A stretch of DNA of 62,990 bases, the filler included, from Catajapyx aquilonaris (taxonomy: Eukaryota): the NCBI GenBank assembly GCA_000934665.2. It is 3 parts of 3 records of this genome, joined end to end, with 100 filler letters (N's around TTAATTAATTAA, not from the genome) between each part and the next. Parts side by side here need not be neighbours in the genome. Positions count along the whole stretch, not along the records: positions 1 to 20,904 come from JYFJ02006166.1; 2 more parts are not named here. One strand, given 5' to 3'. The notes beneath the pieces are model-generated. The model was given only the letters and a program-made list of their open reading frames with translations. It did no database searches and was not told the origin of the DNA. Below are positions 1 through 12,254 of this stretch, piece after piece. The stretch's first letter is position 1. Every line of letters begins with the position of its first letter. A program made the translations under genes and the position numbers.

Positions 1-686
1 CTAAATTTCATCCTTAGGATGTCAAAAATGATCTGCGATCATAAAAAAAAGGTCCCCTCCAAAAAACGCACGGGTTTCGGTTCCTCGACCGGACTATAAA
101 GCCATTCTGCATTAAATGCATGCCTTGCTGGCCTACTACAGGACACAATGCCTATGCCAGGATCTATGCCAGACTTTGGCCAGCTTTGGCTCCCCCAATC
201 AATCAGCCAACCAGGTGTATCCTGCCTCAATGCAAACATCAGCACTCTCTCAAGGAAAAGTCAGTGCGAAAAAACTCCAAAGTGCTGCAAAGTGCTGATG
301 CCTGTGGAGAGCCATGAAACCTCTAGCCAAATAAAATTTCACGATGACGTTTTTCTCAAATAAAGTTAATATGTATAAGAGCACTCTTCGTGACATGTCA
401 AATGCATAAAGAGATTTTTTTCACCAAAGCGATGAGCCCAATAATAGGATTAGAAATCATAACTACATTTGTTGCGTTGGTTCTGTTCGTTTTAGACGTA
501 TCTGTTTTACATAAGCCAAGAACAATCAGGTATTTTTTACACCCCCATTTAAAAAAGGGCAGTTCAATAAACGTCCACCTTACCTACCATTACCCATTAC
601 CCCCTCCCCCTCACATTTTGAGTACCGAGGTTCGCCTCCACAATCGGAAATGACGTCCCTGCTGACCACGGGAACATGAAGAGAAC

Positions 687-766
687 CCGGACATAGGATT
701 CTCATGAGGAAAACGTTTTTAGGGTCCACCCTAAAAACGTTTTCCTCATGAGAATCCTATGTCCGG
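687..766. repeat. Perfect palindrome, 39-bp arms, 2-nt spacer, inside a minus-strand tRNA-derived SINE remnant
   Basis: 687-725 is the exact reverse complement of 728-766. An adjacent B-box GAGTTCGACCC lies on minus at 772-782. Confidence 0.9.
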
Positions 767-3700
767 CCCGGGGGTCGAACTCGGTGCCTCTGTAGCACTT
801 ACCAAACTGCACAATCACGTCGCCATGCAACACTGTGCAGTTTCTGCTGCTCGTTATTGGCAAAGCGCTAAAATATGAATTAACGTTATTACAAGCATGA
901 CATGCATAGTATTGAAGCAGCGGGGTAAAAAAAACCAGTTTGCAGCAGATAATTGGCAAAATAAAAAAGTTCTTGCTACTATAATAACGGAATGTGCTGC
1001 ATAATATGCAGCCATGCTAAAAATGTAAGGAGAAAATGCGGGTCGATAAAAATAAATTAACTCCCAGAGCATGAGAGTTGATGGTTTAGGCCGGCTTACA
1101 ACGTTCCCGGAATATCACAAACGGCGTTTTTATTCTTGTTATTTATTGTTATTTAATTGTTGCCAACAATTAATAAATAAGCAGAAACCCGCATTTTTCA
1201 TTTATATACCGGATGCTATGCAAGCCGGCCTTTTATACGGACCTTGTTCCTCTACAGCTATTAAGCTCTGATGCACTAGCCTAACGTAAGTTACCTGCAC
1301 GTATCCTATTAGGCTTATGGGCTCTTTTTATATTGAAGGTAGTCGCTTATTATCCTTCAAAGCGGGCTAGTCATGTTGATGCTACAAGTATTCTATTTCA
1401 TAATTATATACCGGTAACTTACAGTATTAGGCATTCCACATCATCCATGAGATGTGGACGATATTCCGGTATTTTGTATCACCCATGTATGTGTGCAAGT
1501 GTAAGCAAGTTTGTTTGCTCATGTGATGCATGTTTGCGCAACAGTAAATCATTTTCGACCTTTTTTTTGTCTGATACAGGTCCTTGGAGTGCTGTGGGCT
1601 GTAACTCTCACGACAACAAAGGCAAATCCGGAAAATGCTGTCAATGAGATTTCTTAACGATGTGTTTCTACAAATCAAATAGTTGCATTCCAAATGCCCT
1701 CCAAATTTTCTGTTGATTTCCCCCAAAACTGGACACCTGATATTTTCTGATTGACCTTCAGAATAAAGAATGACCTGTGGACTGGTGACTTCCACAAACC
1801 GTGGTGGGGCAAAATATGATTTTGATGAATTTTTTTAGACGCATTGTTATGATTTTAACGAGATAAAATTAGAAAAATCCGCCGCCGTCTATCCGCCTCT
1901 TCCCATTGGCCCCCACTCTCCTGCCCTTGCTTGCTTATGCCTTTGGACGCCATATTAAGTGTAAAAGTACAGCAATATTTTTACCAACGCGAATAAGTCT
2001 CAAGATAGGATCATCTTCAAGATAGGACTGTACTTTTGCATTTTCTGCTGCGAATCTGAATTAAACTATGCCGACTACCTACCAATGTATTTCATTAGCA
2101 AAATTACGACCATTTTTCCACAACAGTTGATAGCCATTTTTAAACGCATGTATGCACTATAAGTAGGCTATGTATACAAGTTAGCACGATAGCACCTATG
2201 GAGAATTATGAATTACAAGAAAAATATGAAGTGACCACACATTGATTTAGTAACAGTGAAATGCACGCTGGGAGCTGGAGCAACTGCTTTCAATAATTAG
2301 AGAAAACGCTGGAAGAAATTGAAACTGGAAAGAGTGCCCCCCGTGGTGTCCCTTTCCCAGAAGGTACCAATAAGTAAGGGCAGCCTTGGGCCAGGGGTCA
2401 TGCTGGGCTTGCTCTGATTCATGTTCTCGGAGGTGGTAACTCGTGACACATGGCAGAAGGTTTCCGTTCAGAACTTCAGATTTGGTGGTCAGTTGACTCA
2501 GTTCGGAGAAGGCTTTGGAAAGTGAGGTCCAGTGGTTTGAAGGCGAGGGTTCTGCTGCATGTAAGTTTACTGTTCATAACTAAAATTTTCGTCGCGTTCA
2601 TTTGGATATTATTTGGGTGAGTAGCATTAGTACAGTAGTCTATAAATTATTGAAAATGTGGAGTGGCATATCTCGCGCGGGGATTAGCACATACTCGGTA
2701 TATATAGGATTCTTACATAGAGTTTTTTGAATGGAATGAACGCAGTAATATTAGACACTATTATTTACTAGAAGTTATGACTGTCCAGCCGGGGCAGAGA
2801 CAGATGCAGGCCTTTCGAGTATGAGTCAGGCTAGGAAAGTGGCCTTTGCGTAACACAACATTTTGAGCATCCAACATAAGCAGGTAAAAGCACAAAACCG
2901 CCATTAATAACGGAAGAGGTGAATTATTAGCATATCAAAACTTAAATCATTTAAATATGTCTATAAGTTTTCGAGCGATAGGGTTTTAAAATCCGCGCAT
3001 TCTTTTTTCGATCACCCAGCCTACTGTCCAAAGCGCGCACCGGGGCAGCGTTTTCGCCCTCTAGCGGGTGAAATTCCAAAAGTCACCTCCTACTCCTAGA
3101 GACCTAGACTTTTCGGAAACATGAAGCACACATTTCACGCTTCATTTTCAGATCCATTGAAAAAATCCCAAAAGTATATCTAACTTTCAGTTATATTAAA
3201 ATCACAATTTCGCCGGGCACCATCTTGAAATTGAAAGATTTTATCCCGGCTATTTTCAATGCGATATTATTAAAGGCCTTTAAAAGAGCTTCCAAAATCA
3301 CGTATCAGATTTGGATTCACTTCAGGGGTTCAGAGGTTAGGGGCCTCCATTACAAGCCTTGACAGCGTCAAATGAGTGAAAAATCTCAATTACACACCCT
3401 GTAGTTTCGCAACCACGTGTCACAGAGAGACGAAATCTCGGTTCCTTACATACAACGACGACTACTACAAACCCATGAATTTTGGTCGAAATCAGAAAAT
3501 ATTTGTCGATCCTAGTTGACGTGGAATGCCTCATTAGTATAAGTCGCTAAAGCGCAGCAGTATGGCTGAACAGAGTGATGAGGAGTCTGAATGTCTGATG
3601 ATGAATTAGGTGATGAGTTTGTAACACTATATATATGCCTATAATTGAGGAAAAAAAGTTTGTCCACGCTCATAACATACAGTACACACAAAAAAATTGG

Positions 3701-4399
3701 ACATGTCTGGTTCTCATTCGGTGCAAAAACTAGACTTGTCCACATTATACTCTACTGTAGAACGTGTAATAGGCATCGTACAAACTTCATATTCTGGTGC
3801 ATGTTGACTTTGGTATCCTATTCAACAAAAAATTATCAGTATGAACATTGTTGAAATTTTCCGGAAATTCTGCTTTTTTTTGTTTTTCTAAAGTAACAAA
3901 AGTGGACTTATCCTGCTTTTGCACCAAACCCTTCAATTGCTAATGGACTCAAAATAGTTTCCGTAATTTTTTTAGATGCACCTCTTCAGTTATCCCTTCC
4001 TATCTGCACAAAGGGCATGGTAATGTTTTATTAGGATGTAACCACGTTAAGAATTCAGTCAACAAAATTATTATTGGATATGTCATGTTGTACAGAAATT
4101 CACTCGTTGAGAATACGTCCCACATTTAGATCTTGCCTAGGGCCCCGCCCTGAGAGAAGTTATGGATTGTTTGGCCTAGAAACCACGTTGTTATGAACCA
4201 AATCGTTGGAGAGCGACAGTCACATGTCAACTGGGCTCAAACCTGATATCAGCAGCCAATATTTTTGATAACCACCATTAACTAAGCAAAATAAAGTGCT
4301 GCTCAAAATAAGCAGCTTAGCGTAAAAAATCGCAATTTTTAAGAGCATGAAAAGCGGAAAAGCGGACCAATAAGCAGTACCGGTATGTTATCCTCGTTA

Positions 4400-4810
4400 T
4401 AGCTGACATTTGCCTTTACTATCATGCCAATATCAATTCAACGAGACGTTGCCTATGTGAGAAAATAATTCTAGAATTTGCCAAATAATTCATTAAAATC
4501 GTGATAGTTGACCTGAAATATCTCAATGTGGGGCTGCTCGATATACGTATTTTTCTTTACGCCTTTAAATGAAGCTCTTCATGTTCGGGTATGATCACAT
4601 GTGAAAAGTTTGTACACTCCCACCAGAAATGAAAATATGCATGTTCAAAAATCATGCATTCCAGAGAGATACGCCCATCAAGTCTGACAACGGTGTCAGT
4701 TGGCAAATCAGATAACCGAGCCCTTGTGATTTTGCTTGAAACATTCATTGGTGTTTACCTGAGTGTGTCATACCCAAAATTAAAATGTCAGATTTTTCCA
4801 TACAACCCCT
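4400..4810 (-). repeat. Inverted copy of the dispersed repeat at about 6840-7270
   Basis: For example acggtgtcagttggcaaatcag here versus ctgatttgccaactgacaccgt there; similarity continues over about 400 bp. Ends approximate. Confidence 0.7.
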
Positions 4811-4911
4811 AAGGGGTCGTGCAAATACCACTTGGCACTTGTGGGGGGAGGAGGGGGAGGGGGTCGGCGACTGTTCATGTGGTATCTCCGAACACGGTGA
4901 ATGAGCACATA

Positions 4912-5241
4912 CAGGGTGTTTCAACTTTTTTGTCCGAACAGTTATCGGAAAATTGCCCGTAGCTGCTACTTTGTAAGCAGTGACTTGCAAACGATGATTT
5001 TTCTGAGGAACGGGGAATATTCCCTGCGAATCGTAGGTTGAAGTGGCATACGTGCTGCCCGCTGAAAATTGAGGGTCAAGCCTGGGAAAAAGAGGGTCAC
5101 ACATGCCATGGGATGTGTGACTCTCTTTTTCTCCATTCCCAATTACTCCGACAAATCACCGGTTGCAAGTCACTGCTTACAAAGTACCAGCTACGTGCAA
5201 TTTTCCGATAACTGTTCGGACAAAAAAGTTGAAGCACCCTG
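4912..5241. mobile_element. Tc1/mariner-type MITE, about 90-bp TIRs, TA target duplication
   Basis: TA|cagggtgtttcaacttttttgtccgaacag ... ctgttcggacaaaaaagttgaagcaccctg|TA. An uninterrupted copy of the host repeat is present at about 43337-43530. Confidence 0.88.
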
Positions 5242-5744
5242 TATATGGGAGCTTTTACATATGCACACGTGGGTTTTTGTTTAATACCGAAATTGGTTTT
5301 TGAAACAACTTCTGAGTGTATACGCACATGATTTATGTATCAAATTCCAGGGGTTTAATCTCTCTCTTTTTTGTCCAGATGGAAAGTTTGCCATCCAGGC
5401 TTTCATCTGGAGTACAAATTGTTTTGTTGGAGTGCTTAATTTTTAATTACTGGGTTTAGCTATGTTAAAAACCAGTACCAACTGGAGTGCAAACTCTGCA
5501 CTCCAGGGTTCACTTTGGAGTGCAAATGAATAATTTTGGAGTGCAAATTGCACCTTTGCATCCGAATATTTCGACCCCTGAAATTCTGAGCTGGTCGAGC
5601 CACCAACTTGTCTGTCTTGACATGGAATGACCTACCTCTGCTTTATATTATTAGGAGTCTATCATCAATCTTCGTAGAGATATGCAGAACGCTATATTAA
5701 AGGTACCGTATTAAACTGATGAAAACTTTCACAATTTTGCCATG

Positions 5745-7043
5745 CGCCATTTAACAAATGATATAGGTTTGCTTAAAACTTGTGCTTGAACAGGTTTTCC
5801 TAAATATTTAGCAATGAATTTACAGTAATATTTTTGAGCTGCACGTGCCCATCTTATTACAATTTCTACTCTACATGTGCGGATTAAAAGGATATAACAC
5901 CATGGTATTATGGAAGGTAATTCGCAAGAATATAAATTACGCACCCAAGACAGGTTGCGAAAAAATGCATACCTTGCTTGGGGGTTATGGGGAAAATCTG
6001 GCATTCAATTTTGGGCATGCCACATTCAGGTAAACATTAATAAATATAATGTTTCAACACAATCGCAAGTGCCCGGTTAGCTGATTTGCCAACTGACGCC
6101 GTTGTCAGACTTGGGCATACCTCTCTGAAATGGATGGTTTTTGAAAATTCATATTTCATTTCTGGTTGGAGTGCACGAACTTAGCCGCTTTTGGTTTATC
6201 AAACGAATAGAAAAAATAAAGTGATAAAAAATTATTTCATGAAAATTTAAAAATCATTAGTAAATAAATCATCATCATCGTCATCACCATCACGACATTT
6301 CCCGATAAGGGGTAGTCAGCGATGACGGGAGCCGCAAGCTAACCCAAAATATGAACGAAATTAAAACTTAATTAGTAAATAAAGCGATGATTTAGAAACC
6401 CTCTTAATGAATTAAGAACATTATTCGCAATCATTTATACCATTTATCCTACATCAAGCTCTTAAATTCGATAGTGTTTTTGGTACACCCTGTAGGTATT
6501 GGTTCAAAATAACCTTAAAATCAAAATCATACCCAGTGGGGCATCTCTTCACGTGAAGTAGTGCCTACAACGACATACGGTATAAACCATACATGCACCA
6601 TTTAACAAATGAGATAGGTTTGTTTAAAACTAGTGCTTGAACAGGTTTTCCTAAATATTAAGCAACTAATTTACAGTAATATTTTTGAGCTGCACGTGCC
6701 CATCGTATTACATTTTCTACTCTACATGTTGTACGGATTAAAAGGATATAACACCATGGTATTATGGAAGGTAATTCGCAAAAATATAAATTACGCACCT
6801 AATGCAGGTTGCGAAAAAATGCATACTTGCTTCATGGGGGTTGTGGGGAAAATCTGGCATTCAATTTTGAGCATGCCTCATTCAGGTAAACATTAATAAA
6901 TACAATATAATGTTTCAACACAATCGCAAGTGCCCGGTTAGCTGATTTGCCAACTGACACCGTTGTCAGACTTGGGCATACCTCTCTGAAATGCATGGTT
7001 TTTGAAAATTCATATTTTCATTTCTGGTTGGAGTGCACGAACT
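5745..7043 (+). repeat. Direct duplication of an about 440-bp segment (5745-6181 and 6596-7043)
   Basis: Near-identical text, for example ggattaaaaggatata(a)caccatggtattatggaaggtaattcgcaa in both copies. Confidence 0.85.
6269..6370 (-). mobile_element. 5'-truncated non-LTR retroposon 3' end with (GAT)n tail
   Basis: 13-bp TSD attagtaaataaa (6256-6268, 6371-6383); same family as 54510-54817. Confidence 0.8.
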
Positions 7044-8406
7044 TTTCATATGAAATTATTGAAACGCACTTGAAAAGCTTAATTTAATGATGTAAATAAA
7101 TCAAATCAATCTAGCCCCACATCGAGATAATTATTTGAGGTCAAATATCGCAATTTTGAAGATTTTCTTGGCAAAATTCTCAAGTTAAATTTTCTCAAAT
7201 CGGCAACGCCGCATTGACTTGATATTGACATGGTTAGCCAATGTACAGTAAATATCAGTCATAACGACAATAACAGCCGGATAATGCGCCGCTTATTTAT
7301 TAGTGATTCCACAGCTGCAGACTCGAGGTAGTTTTTCTTTTTAAAGTGCTTTGTGTATACAGGGTGGTCTGTAATAATACCGACAAACTTTCCGTGTGAA
7401 CACCTATGCCCAGAAGATTATGTAACGGTCTTATTTGGTCTCTGTTGCCTCGTTATAGAGAAACATTGCTATTAATCGTGTAGTATAGCATATACTGGAA
7501 GGTTTGTATCCGACCACACATGCTGGGGGGCGTCTGAAACTGTGTGTTCTCTGCTGATGGCTAGTGTAAGTGATGCAATCCGCAGAGTAATAAATTAAAT
7601 GTACGGTTACTCTTTTACATGGAATTTAATGAACGCCCATTGCCATCAGAGTAATGAAGCAAAATATTGAACCACTGTCAGTCACGTAAAATGATTTTCG
7701 GTCCCAACACGTCGTCGATCTGACAAAAGGACGAATTCCAACATTTTCATAATGTTACAGGAGAGACAAAAGAAACCTCCAAACCGTTATACAAATACAT
7801 AGGATGGTGTTTTGATTTTCTGTTATAACTCGGATGCTACTTATCCCATGTGTTCGCTGTTTTGTGACAATGCGACCCAACACTTCATAGTGCTGGCAGA
7901 GGTCATAATCCAATATAAGCTAAAATGTCGAATTCGTCCTTTTGTCATATTAACGACGAATTATTGTAACTATCAACTGAATACGTCCTTATCAGCAAAA
8001 CTCTATGGGATGTGCATGAGCCAGATACTAGTGTCAAATGTATAAACCACCGTTAGTAGACAAACCGAAAGATCATCATGCATGTATATACCGACAAACA
8101 GCTAGGGTGAACTCATGCGGACCAAGGATAGGCCGTTTGGTATCCGAAGCCTTGTAACCCCGAGTCAATGGGCTTCAATCACAATGTATCAAATATCCAG
8201 AGTGGTACCTCGCTCCGAGCCACCTTGCCTTTTTTTGTTTTTCCATTATTTTAAATGTCAGGTGTAATCAGGGAATTTAAATTTAAGCTATGATGGCATT
8301 AAGAGGCGATGAAATTGTCGTACGTTGCTTCCGCGACATAGAAGTTGTTTGATGATAATTATTATATATTATTAGAGTAACGGGGCTGCGGTGGACCAAC
8401 TAACAC

Positions 8407-8508
8407 CCCTACATATAGTAAAATGATCTTCTCGTTCACAGGATATAGCTTTAGAAACTTCTAAAGCTATATCCTGTGAACGAGAAGATCATTTTACTAT
8501 ATGTAGGG
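8407..8508. repeat. Perfect palindrome, 50-bp arms, 2-nt spacer
   Basis: 8407-8456 is the exact reverse complement of 8459-8508. Confidence 0.95.
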
Positions 8509-8608
8509 TCATTGTTATTATGGAGCACCCTTTGTAATGAGAACATTGCTTCAAAAAGTGTAGGCATTTTGTACATGAACTTTTTAACATGTACGTTTCA
8601 GTGCCGTG

Positions 8609-10127
8609 ATGGATCCATTTGACGACGATGAGTTTGAACGCAAAGGCTACAAACGTTTAAATCTTGAATGGAGTGTGCCCAACTACAGCACTCTCCCAGG
8701 GCACCCCATGCTCTCCGAACCCTTCAGCACTTCTCAAGGATTATGGAGATTGATTATTAATCCAGGAGGGTGCGATGACAATCTCTCAGTGTATCTAGAA
8801 TTACTGAAGGCTGAAAATGAACGGCATAACTTGCAGGTTATCGGTCATTGCGAGTTTGTCATCGAAAGCAACGACGACAATGACCACAAAGATTCTCTGT
8901 GGAGCAAGGTAAGCCTGTACTTGCTTTGGAAGGAGAGTCCAAGCTCATGCCATACAATTCTCAAAAGTTTGAGGCTATGGAGTTTTGCGCTTTATGTAAA
9001 TGTACACCATAATTCTCGGATGCGCGTGAAAAAGAGCATAAGTCAAAAAAGTTAATTTGTCAGGAGAGCAGATTATCTTAAATACTGGACTTCTTGTAAA
9101 TATGACATACCGTTGTTCGCACATTTTTTTCCTAGCCTGGTTTTAGGGCTTGACATTCAGCCTTCTGGCAGAACCAAGAGGGACTCCTTGTGACCATAAC
9201 TGGCATAACAGGACACATAACTCAATTTGCACATTTTTTGACTTATGCTCTTTTTCCTGCGCATCCGAGAAATATGATGGAATTTCTCTGAGGATGTGTG
9301 CGTGTGTGTGTGTGTAAGTGAGAGAGAGACAGAGAGACAGAGAGAGATGATGATGATTATGATGATGATTGACAAAAGCATGTACTGTATATCAATATTA
9401 TTTTCTTTTGAAGGTAATGACTCCTGGGAGTCCAGCTGAGGGATTCGGACACTTCATATCCCGGAAGGATTTGCTCGCCCGCAAAGACAGCCTTCTTCCA
9501 GGAGACACCCTAACTCTAATTGTACGGGGCTATATTTGCCGTGGCATATCACCCAGCGAAGAACAAGATGTGACCGACAATATGTATGCACCCATATACA
9601 ACGAGTTCAAGAAACTGAAAGATTCCATGTTCAACACCGACGTGATCCTGATTGCAGATGGCAAGGAATTACCAGCCCACAAGGCCGTCCTGGCTAACAA
9701 AAGCTTCACCTTCGACGTCAAAAGGATGATGTCAGGAATCCCAGACAAATTAACCATCAGGGACATCAGTGCTCCAGTCCTACAGACCCTGCTCATCTAT
9801 TTGTATAATAAGACCCTCCCAATACACGCGGAATTGCCCCCGATATTCTGGATGGACCTTTTGGCAGCAGCTGAAAAATACCACATACGTGAATTTTCTC
9901 TTACACCTTGCGAATCAAATCTGTGTGGCATGATTTTCTATGACAATGTCTTCGAACTTCTTAAGTTTGCCATCCGTTGGAATTCCAGTAAGCTGAAGAT
10001 GGAATGCCTGATGGTTGGTGCCATATATCATCTTGAACTGAAGCAATACCAATGGTGGAAAAAATCTATGCAGATTTTACCTAAAAATGTCATGTTGGAG
10101 TTCCTTGATTACGCAAAGTATAGGTAG
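8609..10127 (+). CDS. MATH-BTB (SPOP/TDPOZ-like) Cullin3 adaptor-type protein, 2 coding exons (8609-8908, 9414-10127), 337 aa
   Basis: ATG at 8609 follows a tttcag acceptor at 8601. Exon 1 ends AAG|gtaagc (phase 0) and exon 2 starts ttttgaag|GTA in frame. The spliced product has MATH motifs (WSVPNYS, WRLIINPGG, LSVYLEL, GFGHFISRKDLL...LLPGDTLTL), a BTB domain (TDVILIADGKELPAHKAVLA, LLIYLY, LLAAAEKY) and a BACK-like tail (DNVFELLKFA). AATAAA at 10404-10409. It looks too diverged to be the conserved roadkill/SPOP orthologue. Confidence 0.9.
9008..9280. mobile_element. MITE-like inverted-repeat element in the MATH-BTB intron, followed by (TG)(AG)(GAT) microsatellites
   Basis: ttctcggatgcgcgtgaaaaagagcataagtcaaaaaa versus ttttttgacttatgctctttttcctgcgcatccgagaa. 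Confidence 0.7.
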
Positions 10128-10345
10128 GGTGATCTCATTGGCACACATGCAAGTATACCGTTATTTACTCTTTGTGTGTGCCTGATGGTTGGTGGCAAAT
10201 ATCATCATGAGCTGAAGCAATTCCAATGGTGGAAAAAATCTATGCAGATTTGACCTAAAATGTCTTGTTGGAGTTCCTTGATTACCCAAGTTAGTTGGGT
10301 GATCTCATTGGCACACATGCAAGTACCGTTATTTACTCTTTGTGT
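10005..10345 (+). repeat. Tandem duplication (about 170 bp x2) of the MATH-BTB 3' coding end and proximal UTR
   Basis: 10005-10177 is repeated with substitutions and indels at about 10179-10345. Confidence 0.9.
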
Positions 10346-10809
10346 TATTACTTACGCTATTTACGTTATACTCTTTTGTATTTGTAGAATGTCTAAAAGG
10401 CAAAATAAAATAAAACTAAATGGCATAACGTGGGCATTAATCAATGCAATAAAACAGAGGCCATAATTCCTGCTGTGATGGGTGATGGAAGGATGGCGAT
10501 CACTAAAGAAACTATCAGGTACAGTATACAGTACGTATACGGGGAAAAGATTCGCCGAGTTACGAACATGGAACCAATTATTGGTATGAACCTTCCTCAG
10601 GCAAGGTGTTGGATTCAAAGAGTGCTATTAAGATATTAATGCGAATGCCTACAATAATAATTTTAATCTTACTGACCATACGTAAAGAGACATTGAATGA
10701 AGCACAACCCAGTGTCGAGCATTCTCACAGCCAGGTCAGTTATTTCTTCTGTTGGTCATTCTGCCTCTCGCCTACCAAAGATTTTCTGGAGATGGTGAAA
10801 CTAGTGGAG

Positions 10810-10950
10810 ATAACTTGATTCAAGGTCTAGATTATGTGGAAAATGTTCAAAGACGTGTCAGAGCTAGGATAATATCCGACTGTCATTGTCAGTTCATAAC
10901 TCAAAGCCTGCAAGAGTTCAAATGGGACACCTTCAAACTTCCAGACCGTT
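10810..10950 (+). mobile_element. Degraded LINE (CR1/L2-group) ORF2 C-terminal fragment
   Basis: LIQGLDYVENVQRRVRARII...ITQSLQEFKWDTF resembles the LE.VQRRAAR...L..L.W..L motif. Confidence 0.45.
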
Positions 10951-12254
10951 GTGGCATTAGGTTCCCGATAATAGGCATATAATTAATAAACAATAACGCT
11001 CTATAACTACAAATTGCAACACTGTTATTATTGCAGATTGAATTGAAGGGATATTTTACACGGCGATTACGGCTCAAAACAAAAAAATCATATCTCAAAA
11101 TCATGCAAATGTCCGGGTTACGCCATTTTAAGGACAAACGCTTAAACAAAAAAAAATCAGCGTTATGTTTCAGTTAATTTTAATGTAGGCGTCCCAGCAG
11201 CCAGACAAAATAAACATGCGATATTCGAAATAAGTGTATGAGTCATGCATGATACTGCCGAAGTTATTTGCGGACATTGACCTAGTAGGAAATGTTCTTC
11301 ATATAACCCGACATGAATAATAATTCACTAGCGTCAAGTCCATGACCTACCAGGCAATATATTGTCCTACCTATACAATCCTTGTGATCGAGGCCTCCTA
11401 TGTCCTATGTCCTATGTCCTGGACATGTGTGTGATTAAGAATAAATTACGCTCTTCCCCGTCAGCTAGAATTGCCTTCCAGCAAGATGGTATGACACCCG
11501 AATACAACCTCATGGTGAGGCATCATCCGCCTGATTGGTTGCCTAAGGAATGTATCTATACCGCTCAAAAAGATAGAGACGATTTTGCATTGAAACCAAA
11601 TGCAAAATCGTCTCCATCAATGATCAGGATAAATGTGTTAAATGTGAGTCAGGGATTATTTTAAGAGTATAGGGCCTATACCCATTGAACAGAGAACCAG
11701 TCTTGCCCTTACTTGTGGAGAAAAGAAATGCTTTACATAAACATGTTTTGGTCGCCATTTTTCGAGATGGCGGCTGAAGCAGTTCTCGATCAGTTCTCGA
11801 TACAGTAATTGGGGGAACTTTCAGATTTGACTTAGAATAGGCACCTTACCTCACACACCTAATGATTATTTTTTCCTTCGCCTCTACATGAATTTCTCAA
11901 TTTCCTGGACAAGCAACTAAGCACTCATTCATTATATTTCATTATCCCAGCACCCAATTATCTATATCTCAAAATTATCAGTTATGCCAATACTGTCATA
12001 ATGTTACAACTGATCCTAGATCAGAGTAGCAACCAACACAGTCATGCTGTGTGTACTGCAGTACATTACAAGTCAACATGTCAGTGTCGTCTCTACGCAG
12101 GTCTCAAGAGGTTTGGGCGGGTTTGGGCCAACTTCGTAACAAACCCAGCAGATTATGAACTGGTTGGCTGGACTGTTCGGATGATGTTCAAACATGTCTC
12201 AGTTGTACGGTTGAAGAAGGACGCACCTTGATGCATGGCTGCACATGGTTGTCC

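Noticed and set aside
1333..1795. Overlapping 104-aa and 122-aa ORFs
   Set aside because: No recognisable domain or splice structure; possibly decayed transposon sequence.
11440..11550. FQQDG motif suggesting a Tc1/mariner transposase
   Set aside because: Too short and decayed to delimit.
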